This document shows, one piece after another, positions 24,901-34,179 of a stretch of DNA of 64,000 bases. The notes beneath the pieces are model-generated. The model was not told the DNA's origin. It did not search any database and saw nothing but the letters and a program-made list of their open reading frames with translations. Numbering within the stretch: position 1 is the stretch's first letter; every line of letters begins with the position of its first letter. Origin of the DNA: an uncultured Bacteroidia bacterium. GTDB lineage: Bacteria > Bacteroidota > Bacteroidia > Bacteroidales > UBA932. Made by a program: the position numbers and the translations under genes. The stretch spans positions 160,990 through 224,989 of the forward strand of contig CACYGI010000002.1 of NCBI GenBank assembly GCA_902773925.1, in the 5' to 3' direction.

Positions 24901-26586
24901 TTAGTCGTCGATCTCTTCCTTGAACATATTGATCGGGAAACGAGCCAGGATGTCAGCCTTCTTCGTGTACCAGATATTGTACTTGCCGCTGGCGTTCTTG
25001 TCATAAGAACGATAGTAGTAGCACATCGTCTCGAATGCAGCATCAGTATAGTACTTGTAACCGGTCATAACTGCGGTCGAGCCGGACTCGTCAATCGTAC
25101 AGATGGCAATCGGGGTAAAGAGAGGGGTGTTCTGGGCCGAACTGCCGATGACGCCGAACATACCGCCACGGCACTTATATTCCAGACCGTCAGATGACGA
25201 CTTCTGAGTAGAGCTGTATGTAAGCATATGGTTGAGAATAACCATATTGCCGGTTGTCTGATCATACTCTGCCCAGTACTTGGTAGTGGTACCGGCCCAG
25301 CCGGTAAACTGGAAGACCTCATCAGGATTCTTGCTGGTAATATCAAGAGTATAGGTCACAGGCTCATTGTTGATGGTCTCGCCTACGAGAGTCCACTTGC
25401 CGATCCACTTGTTGAAACCGTCGGAAGAGGTGGTACCCTGCTTGGGAGTCCACTGGCGGATAAGATATGCTCCCGTCGGCTCCTTAGCCTCGTCAAACTG
25501 CATCACCAGGACATAGAACGTAGCCTCCGGAGGGAAGACGAATCCCATACGGTAATTCTTGTTGCCTTCGAGGAGACTCCTCTCACCGGAGAGAACCTTT
25601 GCTGCAAGGTCGTTCTTAGCGGCCTCGTAAGAAGAACCGTAATGACTGGTGAACTCGGAATACTGGAAGTATATATATGCCCAGGTGCCGGGGACACCCA
25701 TAATCTGAACGCGATCCGAACCGTCATCTGCACCACGACGGGCATAGACGATATCCCAGTCGATATTGTCGATGGTCTTGGTCAGCATCTCGCCGCGATC
25801 CACGTGAAGATTCTCATACACGCACTTGGTTTCCTCGTAATAATAGGCATATTCGTCGAGGATACCGAACTGCAGGTCGGGGTAATCACCGACAGGCAGC
25901 GGAGCATAGAAAGTGACGGGGCCCGTACCCTCAAGCTCCTCAGGAATCTCAAACCAGAGGCTGCTGTTCGTCCTTCCGGACGGAAGCGGACCTGCAGGAA
26001 TGATCAGATCCTCCTCGTCAGCGTAATCCTTGATGGTGAAGTCGCCATAGAGCTGAATGCTGTTGGAACGGACAAAGAACCAGCCCGCCCCACGCGGAAC
26101 GTGGTTGATGGTAACTGCCAGGAGACCGCTCATATGCTTGAACTGCAGGCCACCCGCATCCTCGCCGCTGAAAGTGGCGACCATCGGAGAGAAAGTACGG
26201 TCAGCCTCGAATATCCGGTTCTGCGGGATATGGATCGTCAGATCCGTACCTGCGGAAACAGCGATATCGGAAGGCATAACGGCAACCTTCTCAACCGAGA
26301 CACCGGGAACGAGGCTGGTAAACTCAGCCACCTTGGTGCCGGCGCCGTCAGTAAGGTTGAAAGGAGTAAAACCGGTCGTACCGGCAAGATTGACAGCGAT
26401 GGTATCGCCGTACTGCCAGGAGAATTCGCCGGTCGCGGAGACGGCCGAGCGTGTCTGCGGGGCGACTGTAGCGCGAAGGACGACTTTCTCGCCTTCGTCA
26501 GTAACATTGGCGGGAGCGAAAGATTCGCGTGCGCAGCCCATCACAACCGTGAGAGCAGTCGCAAAGATGATAGCAAATTTCTTCAT
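24901..26586 (-). CDS. surface lipoprotein, N-terminal fimbrillin-like region (tentative)
   Basis: Signal plus lipobox MKKFAIIFATALTVVMGC. The N-terminal pattern (TRSAVS...FSWQYGDTIAV...FKHMSGLLAV) resembles Bacteroidales fimbrillin-family proteins. The C-terminal part has a WIGKWTL motif. Family call is from memory only. Confidence 0.5.
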   Translation of the reverse strand: MKKFAIIFATALTVVMGCARESFAPANVTDEGEKVVLRATVAPQTRSAVSATGEFSWQYGDTIAVNLAGTTGFTPFNLTDGAGTKVAEFTSLVPGVSVEKVAVMPSDIAVSAGTDLTIHIPQNRIFEADRTFSPMVATFSGEDAGGLQFKHMSGLLAVTINHVPRGAGWFFVRSNSIQLYGDFTIKDYADEEDLIIPAGPLPSGRTNSSLWFEIPEELEGTGPVTFYAPLPVGDYPDLQFGILDEYAYYYEETKCVYENLHVDRGEMLTKTIDNIDWDIVYARRGADDGSDRVQIMGVPGTWAYIYFQYSEFTSHYGSSYEAAKNDLAAKVLSGERSLLEGNKNYRMGFVFPPEATFYVLVMQFDEAKEPTGAYLIRQWTPKQGTTSSDGFNKWIGKWTLVGETINNEPVTYTLDITSKNPDEVFQFTGWAGTTTKYWAEYDQTTGNMVILNHMLTYSSTQKSSSDGLEYKCRGGMFGVIGSSAQNTPLFTPIAICTIDESGSTAVMTGYKYYTDAAFETMCYYYRSYDKNASGKYNIWYTKKADILARFPINMFKEEIDD

Positions 26587-26598
26587 GACGCGTCCCTC

Positions 26599-26769
26599 CT
26601 AAAAATTAAAACCGTCGGGCAGTTCAAACCCGCCGAACATTCCACCGCCGAGCTCGAGCGGCGTAGGCTTGTAGTCCTCTCCGGTGTTACTGCTTCCGGC
26701 AATCATCCCGAAGGTGCCGATGGACAGGAACTCCGCCACCGGCGCTTGATAAGTTAATTTGGTCTTCAT
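26599..26769 (-). CDS. untracked 56-aa ORF, first gene of the lipoprotein operon (hypothetical)
   Basis: Own translation: MKTKLTYQAPVAEFLSIGTFGMIAGSSNTGEDYKPTPLELGGGMFGGFELPDGFNF*. A -7 box lies ~35 nt upstream. Its TAG stop overlaps a GGAGGG 8 nt before the next ATG. It is below the track length cutoff. Confidence 0.4.
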   Translation of the reverse strand: MKTKLTYQAPVAEFLSIGTFGMIAGSSNTGEDYKPTPLELGGGMFGGFELPDGFNF

Positions 26770-26803
26770 ATCGATATGTAATGTGATTATCAGTAACTGA
26801 CGG

Positions 26804-26811
26804 CAAATCTA
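26804..26811 (-). promoter_or_regulatory. -7 box for the small ORF / lipoprotein operon
   Basis: caaatcta on plus equals TAgaTTTG on minus. Confidence 0.45.
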
Positions 26812-26842
26812 AAAAAAATAAGTATTTATCAATGCATTTATG

Positions 26843-26850
26843 TACATTTG
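26843..26850 (+). promoter_or_regulatory. -7 box (TACATTTG) for susC3
   Basis: Exact TAnnTTTG, 36 nt upstream of the ATG at 26886. Confidence 0.5.
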
Positions 26851-26885
26851 TACCCTTAAGAAATTTCATTTAATTAACCTATTAT

Positions 26886-29800
26886 ATGCCTATGAGAAAG
26901 CAAAAATTATTGCTGACGGCTTTGCTGGCGCTTCTGACCGTGACAACGGCACTTGCGCAGACACGGTCGATAAAGGGCACCGTCACCTTCGCGGCTGACG
27001 GAGAGCCTGTGGTAGGCGGCTATATCGTGGTCGAAGGGACCAATCCGAAGATTGGTACCACCACCGACATCGACGGTAATTTCCGCCTCGACAACGTGCC
27101 GGCAAACGCCAAATTCGTCATTGCCTCCTTCGTAGGATGCAAAGACGAACGGGTCGCCATCGCGCCCGAGCTCACTATTGTCCTGCAGGACGATATGGAA
27201 GTGCTCGAGAGCGTGGTCATCACCGGTATGCAACAGGTCGACCGGCGACTCTTTACCGGTTCGACCACCAAGCTCAGCGCTGATGAGACCAAGATCAGCG
27301 GTCTTTCGGACGTAAGCCGTTCGCTTGAAGGCCGCGTAGCAGGTGTCTCCGTGCAGAACGTCTCCGGTACCTTCGGTACGGCGCCCAAGATCCGCGTCCG
27401 CGGTGCAACCTCCATCTACGGCTCGTCCAAGCCGCTGTGGGTCGTGGACGGCGTGATTATGGAGGATGTCGTCGAAGTGGATGCCGAGAGCCTTTCCTCC
27501 GGTGATGCCAACACGCTGATCTCCTCAGCCATCGCCGGCCTCAACTCCGACGATATCGAATCCTTCGACATCCTCAAGGACGGTTCGGCGACTTCGATCT
27601 ACGGTGCCCGCGCAATGGCCGGCGTCATCGTCGTCACCACCAAGAAGGGCCGCAGCGGCCACAGCAGCATCAGCTACTCCGGCGAGTACACGATGCGCCT
27701 CAAGCCGAGCTACTCCACCTTCAACATCATGAACTCCCAGGACCAGATGTCCATCTACCAGGAGCTTCAGCAGAAGGGTTACCTCTCCTATGCAGGTACC
27801 GCAAACGCTTCGAGCAGCGGTGTCTATGGCAAGATGTACCAGCTGCTTACGCTTTATGACGAGACTTCCGGACAGTTCGGTCTGGCCAATACCGCAGAGG
27901 CCAAAGCCGCTTACCTGCGTGCCGCCGAGTACCGCAACACCGACTGGTTCGACCGCCTCTTTACGTATAACGTGCAGCACAACCACTCGGTCTCAATGTC
28001 CGGCGGTACCGACAAGGGCAACTACTACGCTTCCCTTTCGGTGATGGACGACCCGGGCTGGACCCTCCAGAGCTCCGTGCAGCGTTTTACGGGCAACCTG
28101 AACGCAACCCACAAGATCACCAACAAGCTGACGCTCAATATCATCAGCAACGCCGCTTACCGTAAGCAGCGCGCGCCGGGAACCCTGAGCTCTACAATCG
28201 ATGCGGTCAACGGTGAGGTCAAGCGCGATTTCGATATCAACCCTTATTCGTACGCGCTCAACACTTCCCGCACGCTCGACCCCGATGAGTATTATACCCG
28301 CAACTACGCAGCGTTCAACATTTTCCACGAGCTGGAAAACAACTACATCGACATCGACGTGACCAACCTGCGTTTCCAGGGCGAGCTGAAATACAAGCCC
28401 ATCAGCAAGATCGAGCTGTCACTGCTCGCGGCTGCGAAGTACACCGCTTCGACGCGCCAGCACCATATCAAGGACGACTCCAACCAGGCTCTGGCATACC
28501 GCGCAGCTCCGACCACCCAGGTCCGCAACAGCAACACATTCCTCTACACCGACCCGGACGATCCGTTCGCACTGCCTGAGGTCATAATGCCTTACGGTGG
28601 TATCTTCGAGCGTACCGACAACAAGATGTTCGGATGGGATATGCGTGCTACGGCTTCGTACAATGACACTTACGCCCGCGACCACATCGTCAATTTCTAC
28701 GGCGGTATGGAGACCAACTCCATCGACCGTGAGGCGACCTGGTTCCGCGGATGGGGCCTGCAGTACGACCTGGGCGAAGAGGCCAACTACGATTACCGCA
28801 TCTTCAAGCGCGGCAAGGAGGATGGCAGCGATTATTACACGATCAACCATACCTTCGACCGCCGCGTCGCATTCTTCGGCACCGGTACCTACTCTTATAA
28901 GGGCCGCTACAGCATCAACGGTACCATCCGTTACGAGGGTTCCAACCAGCTCGGCAAGAGCCGCAAGGCACGCTGGCTGCCTACTTGGAACATTTCGGCC
29001 AAGTGGAACGTCATCGACGAGCCGTGGATGCAGCAGATGCGCGACCGCATCTCGCACCTCGCACTGAAGGCTTCCTACTCCCTGACGGCAGAACGCGGTC
29101 CGGTCAACAACTCGCTGATGATCATCCGCGCGGACACGCCCTGGAGGTATTCGACCTCCGACAGCGAGACCGTCCTCTACCTCTCCTCCCCGGCCAATCC
29201 GGACCTTACCTACGAGAAGAAGCACGAGCTCAACATCGGTCTCGAACTCGGTCTGCTTGACAACCGCATCAACTTCGCGGGTGACTGGTATATGCGTAAC
29301 AACTTCGACCTTATCGGTCCGGCATACACGACCGGCACCACGGGCGCGGTCACCAAGTACGGTAACGTCGCTTCGATGAAGTCCAACGGTTTCGAGCTTT
29401 CGCTGACCACGACCAACATCAAGACACGCGACTTCAACTGGGTGACCAACCTCATCTATTCGCATACGCAGAATATCGTTACCGAGCTGCTCTCCACGCG
29501 CCGCGTCATCGACCTGGTCTCGGGTACCGGCTTTGCATTGCAGGGCTACCCCAACCACAGTATCTTCTCCATCCCGTTTATGGGTCTTAACGAAGAAGGT
29601 CTGCCGACGTTCCTGGATCAGGACGGCAATATCACCACGACCGGCATCTATTTCCAGACTTCGGATCCCAAGAAACTCGACTTCCTCGAGTACAGCGGTA
29701 CGGCTGATCCTACCGACGTGGCATCCATCGGCAACACCCTCCAGTGGAAGGGCTTCAAGCTGAATGTCTTCGTCACCGGTTCGTTCGGCAACGTCATCCG

Positions 29801-30224
29801 TATGGATCCCGTATTCAAGGCCCGCTACAATGACCTGTCCTCGATGCCGAAGGAGTTCAACGACCGCTGGGTCATCCCCGGAGACGAGAACTACACGACC
29901 ATCCCGGTCATCGCTTCGCGCATCCAGAACCGTAACGACAGCCACCTGAGCTACGCTTACAACGCATACAACTATTCGACGGAACGTATCGCCAAGGGTG
30001 ATTTCGTACGCCTCAAGGAAGTATCCCTGAGCTATGACTTCCCCAAGACGGTCACCGAACCGCTGCGTCTGAGCACGCTTTCCCTCAAACTGCAGGCGAC
30101 CAACCTGTTCCTGCTGTATTCCGACTCCAAGTTGAACGGACAGGATCCTGAATTCTTCAACACCGGCGGTGTGGCCGTCCCGATGCCGAAGCAGTTCACC
30201 CTTTCCCTTAAAATCGGTTTATAA
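26886..30224 (+). CDS. SusC/RagA family TonB-linked outer membrane protein (third, unrelated locus)
   Basis: 1112 aa. N-terminal regulatory-like domain (IKGTVTFAADGEPVVGGYIVVEG...TDIDGNFRL). Plug (SFDILKDGSATSIYGARAMAGVIVVTTKKGR). Confidence 0.93.
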   Translation: MPMRKQKLLLTALLALLTVTTALAQTRSIKGTVTFAADGEPVVGGYIVVEGTNPKIGTTTDIDGNFRLDNVPANAKFVIASFVGCKDERVAIAPELTIVLQDDMEVLESVVITGMQQVDRRLFTGSTTKLSADETKISGLSDVSRSLEGRVAGVSVQNVSGTFGTAPKIRVRGATSIYGSSKPLWVVDGVIMEDVVEVDAESLSSGDANTLISSAIAGLNSDDIESFDILKDGSATSIYGARAMAGVIVVTTKKGRSGHSSISYSGEYTMRLKPSYSTFNIMNSQDQMSIYQELQQKGYLSYAGTANASSSGVYGKMYQLLTLYDETSGQFGLANTAEAKAAYLRAAEYRNTDWFDRLFTYNVQHNHSVSMSGGTDKGNYYASLSVMDDPGWTLQSSVQRFTGNLNATHKITNKLTLNIISNAAYRKQRAPGTLSSTIDAVNGEVKRDFDINPYSYALNTSRTLDPDEYYTRNYAAFNIFHELENNYIDIDVTNLRFQGELKYKPISKIELSLLAAAKYTASTRQHHIKDDSNQALAYRAAPTTQVRNSNTFLYTDPDDPFALPEVIMPYGGIFERTDNKMFGWDMRATASYNDTYARDHIVNFYGGMETNSIDREATWFRGWGLQYDLGEEANYDYRIFKRGKEDGSDYYTINHTFDRRVAFFGTGTYSYKGRYSINGTIRYEGSNQLGKSRKARWLPTWNISAKWNVIDEPWMQQMRDRISHLALKASYSLTAERGPVNNSLMIIRADTPWRYSTSDSETVLYLSSPANPDLTYEKKHELNIGLELGLLDNRINFAGDWYMRNNFDLIGPAYTTGTTGAVTKYGNVASMKSNGFELSLTTTNIKTRDFNWVTNLIYSHTQNIVTELLSTRRVIDLVSGTGFALQGYPNHSIFSIPFMGLNEEGLPTFLDQDGNITTTGIYFQTSDPKKLDFLEYSGTADPTDVASIGNTLQWKGFKLNVFVTGSFGNVIRMDPVFKARYNDLSSMPKEFNDRWVIPGDENYTTIPVIASRIQNRNDSHLSYAYNAYNYSTERIAKGDFVRLKEVSLSYDFPKTVTEPLRLSTLSLKLQATNLFLLYSDSKLNGQDPEFFNTGGVAVPMPKQFTLSLKIGL

Positions 30225-30230
30225 TGGAGG

Positions 30231-31826
30231 ATGATGATTATGAAAGCATTTAAATATACCCTTATCGCAGTCATCGCTGTCCTGAGCCTCAGCTCCTGCG
30301 ACAAATTCCTCGACGTAAACCCGGACAAGCGTGCCGAGGTTGACACCGTCGAAGAGATCAGCGCGCTGCTCGGCACGGCATACACGGACCACATTATGAA
30401 CATAATGGCCGAGCTGATGAGCGACAATATCGATGACTTCGGCCTGACGTCCTACAACAACTCCAGCCGTTTCCTCGAACAGGTTTACAACTTCGAAGAA
30501 ATCACCGAGTCCAACAATGAAAGCCCCGAGAACTGCTGGGCTGACTACTGGAACGCCATCGCCGTCTCCAATATCGCCCTCGAAGAGCTTGCAAAGATCG
30601 GCCCCGAGACGGACCTTTCGCTCCGCGAGATCTACGGCGAGGCCTATATGGCACGCGCATACAACCACTTCATGCTGGGCACGATGTTCTGCATGCCCTA
30701 CGATCCGGCCAACAGCAAGACCGATCCGGGCCTGCCCTACCTCACCGCCGTCGAGAACGGATTCAACGTACAGCACGACCGCGGCTCGGTTGCTGATTTC
30801 TACGCAGCAGTCGAGGCTGATATCGAGCGCGGCCTGCCGCTGGTCGGCGATTCGCGCTACCTCGTCCCGAAGTACCACTTCAACCAGGATGCGGCTTACG
30901 CATTTGCAACGCGCTTCTATCTCTACTACGGCAAATATGACAAGGCCATCGAATGCGCAAACCACGTGCTCGGCGAATCCCCGAAGACCGTCCTGAAGGA
31001 CTGGGCGTACCTGGGAAGCCTGCCGACCGGAACCAACGGCCCGCTGCTTCACGCGACCGCATATTGCGAGTCTTCCTCGCCGGCCAACCTCCTGCTGCAG
31101 GCCTGCTACTCGTCCCAGGGCTATGTCTGGGCCAACTATTCCACATACAACCGTTTCTCTCACGGTGCTTACCTGGCTTCGACCGAAGATATGCAGGCTA
31201 CGTATCCCTGGGGCAACGGTGGATTCTACGACGGCTCCAAGACTTATTCCGGAAGTATGGACAAGGTCATCTTCTGGCGCGTCCCCCGTATCTTCCAGTA
31301 CACCGACCCGGTGGCAGGTATCGGCTATCTGCGCACGATCTCCGTCGCGCTCAGCACTGACGAGACGCTGCTCAACCGCGCCGAGGCCTATATCTTGTCC
31401 GGCAATTACGAGGCCGCCTGCGACGACCTGAATCTGTGGCTGCACAATATCACCAACAAGACCTACGTGCTGACCCCGGACAATATCCGAAGCTTCTATA
31501 ACGGCGTCGCATATCACCAGTGGGACAAGGGCTCAGTCAAGAAGCACCTCCATCCCGCATTCAAGACCATCGAAGAAGGCAGCACCGAGGAGTGCATGCT
31601 CCAGTGCCTGCTCAACTGCAAGCGACTCGAGACCATCGGTTTCGGCGGCCGCTGGCAGGATATCCGCCGCTATGGCATCACCGTTCACCGCCGCCAGATG
31701 AACCTTACCTCCGCGGGCTACGTGCCGGTAAGCATTTCTGACGAGATCGGTGCACGCGATCCCCGCCTGGCCCTGCAGATCCCTTACAAGGTCATCCAGG
31801 GCGGATTTACCCCGAACCCCCGTTAA
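30231..31826 (+). CDS. SusD/RagB family lipoprotein
   Basis: Lipobox LSLSSCDKFLD; MARAYNHFMLG; NRAEAYILSGNYEAA. The ATG at 30240 (MKAFKY...) is a likely true start. Confidence 0.88.
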   Translation: MMIMKAFKYTLIAVIAVLSLSSCDKFLDVNPDKRAEVDTVEEISALLGTAYTDHIMNIMAELMSDNIDDFGLTSYNNSSRFLEQVYNFEEITESNNESPENCWADYWNAIAVSNIALEELAKIGPETDLSLREIYGEAYMARAYNHFMLGTMFCMPYDPANSKTDPGLPYLTAVENGFNVQHDRGSVADFYAAVEADIERGLPLVGDSRYLVPKYHFNQDAAYAFATRFYLYYGKYDKAIECANHVLGESPKTVLKDWAYLGSLPTGTNGPLLHATAYCESSSPANLLLQACYSSQGYVWANYSTYNRFSHGAYLASTEDMQATYPWGNGGFYDGSKTYSGSMDKVIFWRVPRIFQYTDPVAGIGYLRTISVALSTDETLLNRAEAYILSGNYEAACDDLNLWLHNITNKTYVLTPDNIRSFYNGVAYHQWDKGSVKKHLHPAFKTIEEGSTEECMLQCLLNCKRLETIGFGGRWQDIRRYGITVHRRQMNLTSAGYVPVSISDEIGARDPRLALQIPYKVIQGGFTPNPR

Positions 31827-31828
31827 AA

Positions 31829-32752
31829 ATGACAGCCATGAAAAAATATTTCTTTTTAGCACTGTCAATCATCGCGCTCCTGCCCCTGGGCACTGCCTGC
31901 AGCGAGGAGCAGCTGGATCCCGAGAGCATCATCACCGTGGATTCACGGCCCAAGAATGCTTTCGACCTCTGGCTCGACGCGAATTATGTCTATCCGTATA
32001 ACATCGAGTTCAAGTATCGTTACGAGAACAACGAGACGGACCTTAACTACTATTCGGTACCGGCTTCCTACGAGAATTCCATCGTAATGGCCCACCTGGT
32101 CAAATATCTCTGCATCGACTCTTATGACGAGGCCGCAGGCGTGACCTTTACCAGGACCTACTTCCCCAAGGAGTTCTTCCTGATGGGCGAATGGGAATAC
32201 AAGAACAACGGCGTCTATACGCTGGGTACCGCAGAGGGCGGCAAGAAGATCATCCTGATGGGCATCAATTACCTGCCCATCTATATGACGACGGCCGAGA
32301 ACCTCAACTATTACTACCTCAAGACGATCCACCACGAGTTTACCCACATCCTCAACCAGACGAAGGACTTCCCGGTAACCTTCTCTCAGGTCTCCGGCGG
32401 TTCTGCAGACGGTTATCTGGCCGACAGCTGGAATGCTTCCGACTATGCAAGCGATTATCTGCAGCGCGGTTTCATCACCCGCTACGCGCAGCATTCGGAC
32501 CGTGAGGACTTCGCGGAGTGTATGTCCGTCTATGTCACCCATACCGCCGACTGGTGGGCAGCTACCATCGAGTCCGCGACTACGGAGGAGAAGGACGGCG
32601 CAGCCAAGCTTATGACCAAGATCAGCATCGTCAAGTCCTATATGAGCGAAACGTTCGGCATCGACCTTGACAACCTGCGCGACATCATTCTGCGCCGCCA
32701 GGGCGAGGTGGTTTCCGGACAGGTCGATCTTCATTCTGTTGAAATCAAATAA
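31829..32752 (+). CDS. substrate-import-associated zinc metallohydrolase lipoprotein (putative zinc-binding metallopeptidase)
   Basis: Lipobox LPLGTACSEE and HExxH motif in KTIHHEFTHILNQ. ~300 aa directly after susD, matching the family known to follow SusC/SusD pairs. Confidence 0.75.
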   Translation: MTAMKKYFFLALSIIALLPLGTACSEEQLDPESIITVDSRPKNAFDLWLDANYVYPYNIEFKYRYENNETDLNYYSVPASYENSIVMAHLVKYLCIDSYDEAAGVTFTRTYFPKEFFLMGEWEYKNNGVYTLGTAEGGKKIILMGINYLPIYMTTAENLNYYYLKTIHHEFTHILNQTKDFPVTFSQVSGGSADGYLADSWNASDYASDYLQRGFITRYAQHSDREDFAECMSVYVTHTADWWAATIESATTEEKDGAAKLMTKISIVKSYMSETFGIDLDNLRDIILRRQGEVVSGQVDLHSVEIK

Positions 32753-32764
32753 GGAGGCGCAGAT

Positions 32765-34171
32765 ATGAAAACACGTATTTTCTCACTGATGATGATCGGC
32801 CTGCTGGCCATCACTTCCGTTTCCTGCGTCAAGGATGCAGATCCCGTATTTGACAAGAAGCCTTCCGTGCGTATGCAGGAAGCGCTCAAAAATGCACAGG
32901 ACATCCTGCGCACCGCCCCTCACGGCTGGCGTATGGACGACTTTATGAATGAAAGCAATACCACGGCTATCAAGGGCGGTTATACCATTGCCCTGAAGTT
33001 TACCGAGGACAAGGTGACCGCCTGGGGCGAAATGATGAACGACGTGAACATCTGCTACACTTCGCTCTACATTATGACCACCGACGACGGTCCGGTGCTT
33101 TCGTTCGATGACAACAATTACATCCTGCACTATTACAGCACTCCTTCGGGAACGAGCCGCAACCAGTACGGCCAGACCGGCCACTACCAGGCACTGGGCG
33201 GCGACTTCGAGTTCCTTATCCTCGAGGCTTCGGCTGACTGCGTGAAGCTCAAGGGCAAGCGCGGCGGACAGAAGATCAACCTCTACCCGCTCGACAAGGA
33301 GCCCGCAGAATTTCTCGCTGGTGTGGTAAAGGTGCGCGAGGAAATGCTCGTCACCCACTATGAGGATGCATCCAACAACCTGAGTATGGATCTGGACCGC
33401 GACAACCGCCATATCCTGATCAACTATTTCGAGCCCGCGACCGCAGAAAAGGAAGCATACGAAGAGAATATCCTCGATATCGCTTACCTCTATACGGAGA
33501 CCGGTATCCACCTGAAGCGTTCTCTCAAATCAGCGCTAAAGGGTGTTACGGCCGAAGGCCGCGAGGCTTTCATCAAGATGCTTGAGGATCACGATACCCA
33601 GGATATGACCTGGGACGGCGTCGCTCGCAGCCTCTCATTCTCCGGTATCGTCGTCGCGGGTGTCCTTCCCGAAGGCTGGCTCCCGTACAACGACTACATC
33701 GGTGATTATGTCCTGAGCTACAACAACGGCACGACCATCGATATCAAGCTGGAAAAGGATGAATATATGAAGTCATACATCCTCTCGGGCCTGAACTCCC
33801 ACTACACCCTGACGGTCAGCTACGACCTGGCCTCCGGTGCCCTGGTCCTCAACGGCCAGACCATCGGCCAGTCGGGTGAATATACCTACTGGTTCGCACC
33901 GTGGTCGCTCGTCGGCGGCGGCAGCCTCTGGTACTCCACTTCCTACGGTATGCGTTCCGTCCTGGACCAGGCATCCTATGACGCTGATCCGGCTCATTTC
34001 TCGATCAACTGGGTATCCGGCAATTCAGCCGCAGGCAAGCCGATCGATTCGTTCATCCTCTATCAGAGACACAGCAGCGGCAGCGGTAACAGCGCCATCC
34101 AGGATGCATCCTGGTATTTCCCGACGACCAACTACCGCATGGCTTATCTCTCGTCATTTACAAAGAAATAG
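32765..34171 (+). CDS. lipoprotein, DUF4302-like (tentative)
   Basis: Lipobox AITSVSCVKD. Its position after the zinc metallohydrolase matches the usual DUF4302 context. Family call is from memory, not a search. Confidence 0.5.
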   Translation: MKTRIFSLMMIGLLAITSVSCVKDADPVFDKKPSVRMQEALKNAQDILRTAPHGWRMDDFMNESNTTAIKGGYTIALKFTEDKVTAWGEMMNDVNICYTSLYIMTTDDGPVLSFDDNNYILHYYSTPSGTSRNQYGQTGHYQALGGDFEFLILEASADCVKLKGKRGGQKINLYPLDKEPAEFLAGVVKVREEMLVTHYEDASNNLSMDLDRDNRHILINYFEPATAEKEAYEENILDIAYLYTETGIHLKRSLKSALKGVTAEGREAFIKMLEDHDTQDMTWDGVARSLSFSGIVVAGVLPEGWLPYNDYIGDYVLSYNNGTTIDIKLEKDEYMKSYILSGLNSHYTLTVSYDLASGALVLNGQTIGQSGEYTYWFAPWSLVGGGSLWYSTSYGMRSVLDQASYDADPAHFSINWVSGNSAAGKPIDSFILYQRHSSGSGNSAIQDASWYFPTTNYRMAYLSSFTKK

Positions 34172-34179
34172 TTTGCACT

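Noticed and set aside
26886-27100. susC3 as a third partner of the shufflon.
   Set aside because: Similarity to susC1/susC2 is limited to a short motif-level match (accgacatcgacggtaatt vs accgacattgacggtaatt, encoding TDIDGN). The leader, signal peptide and remaining sequence are unrelated.
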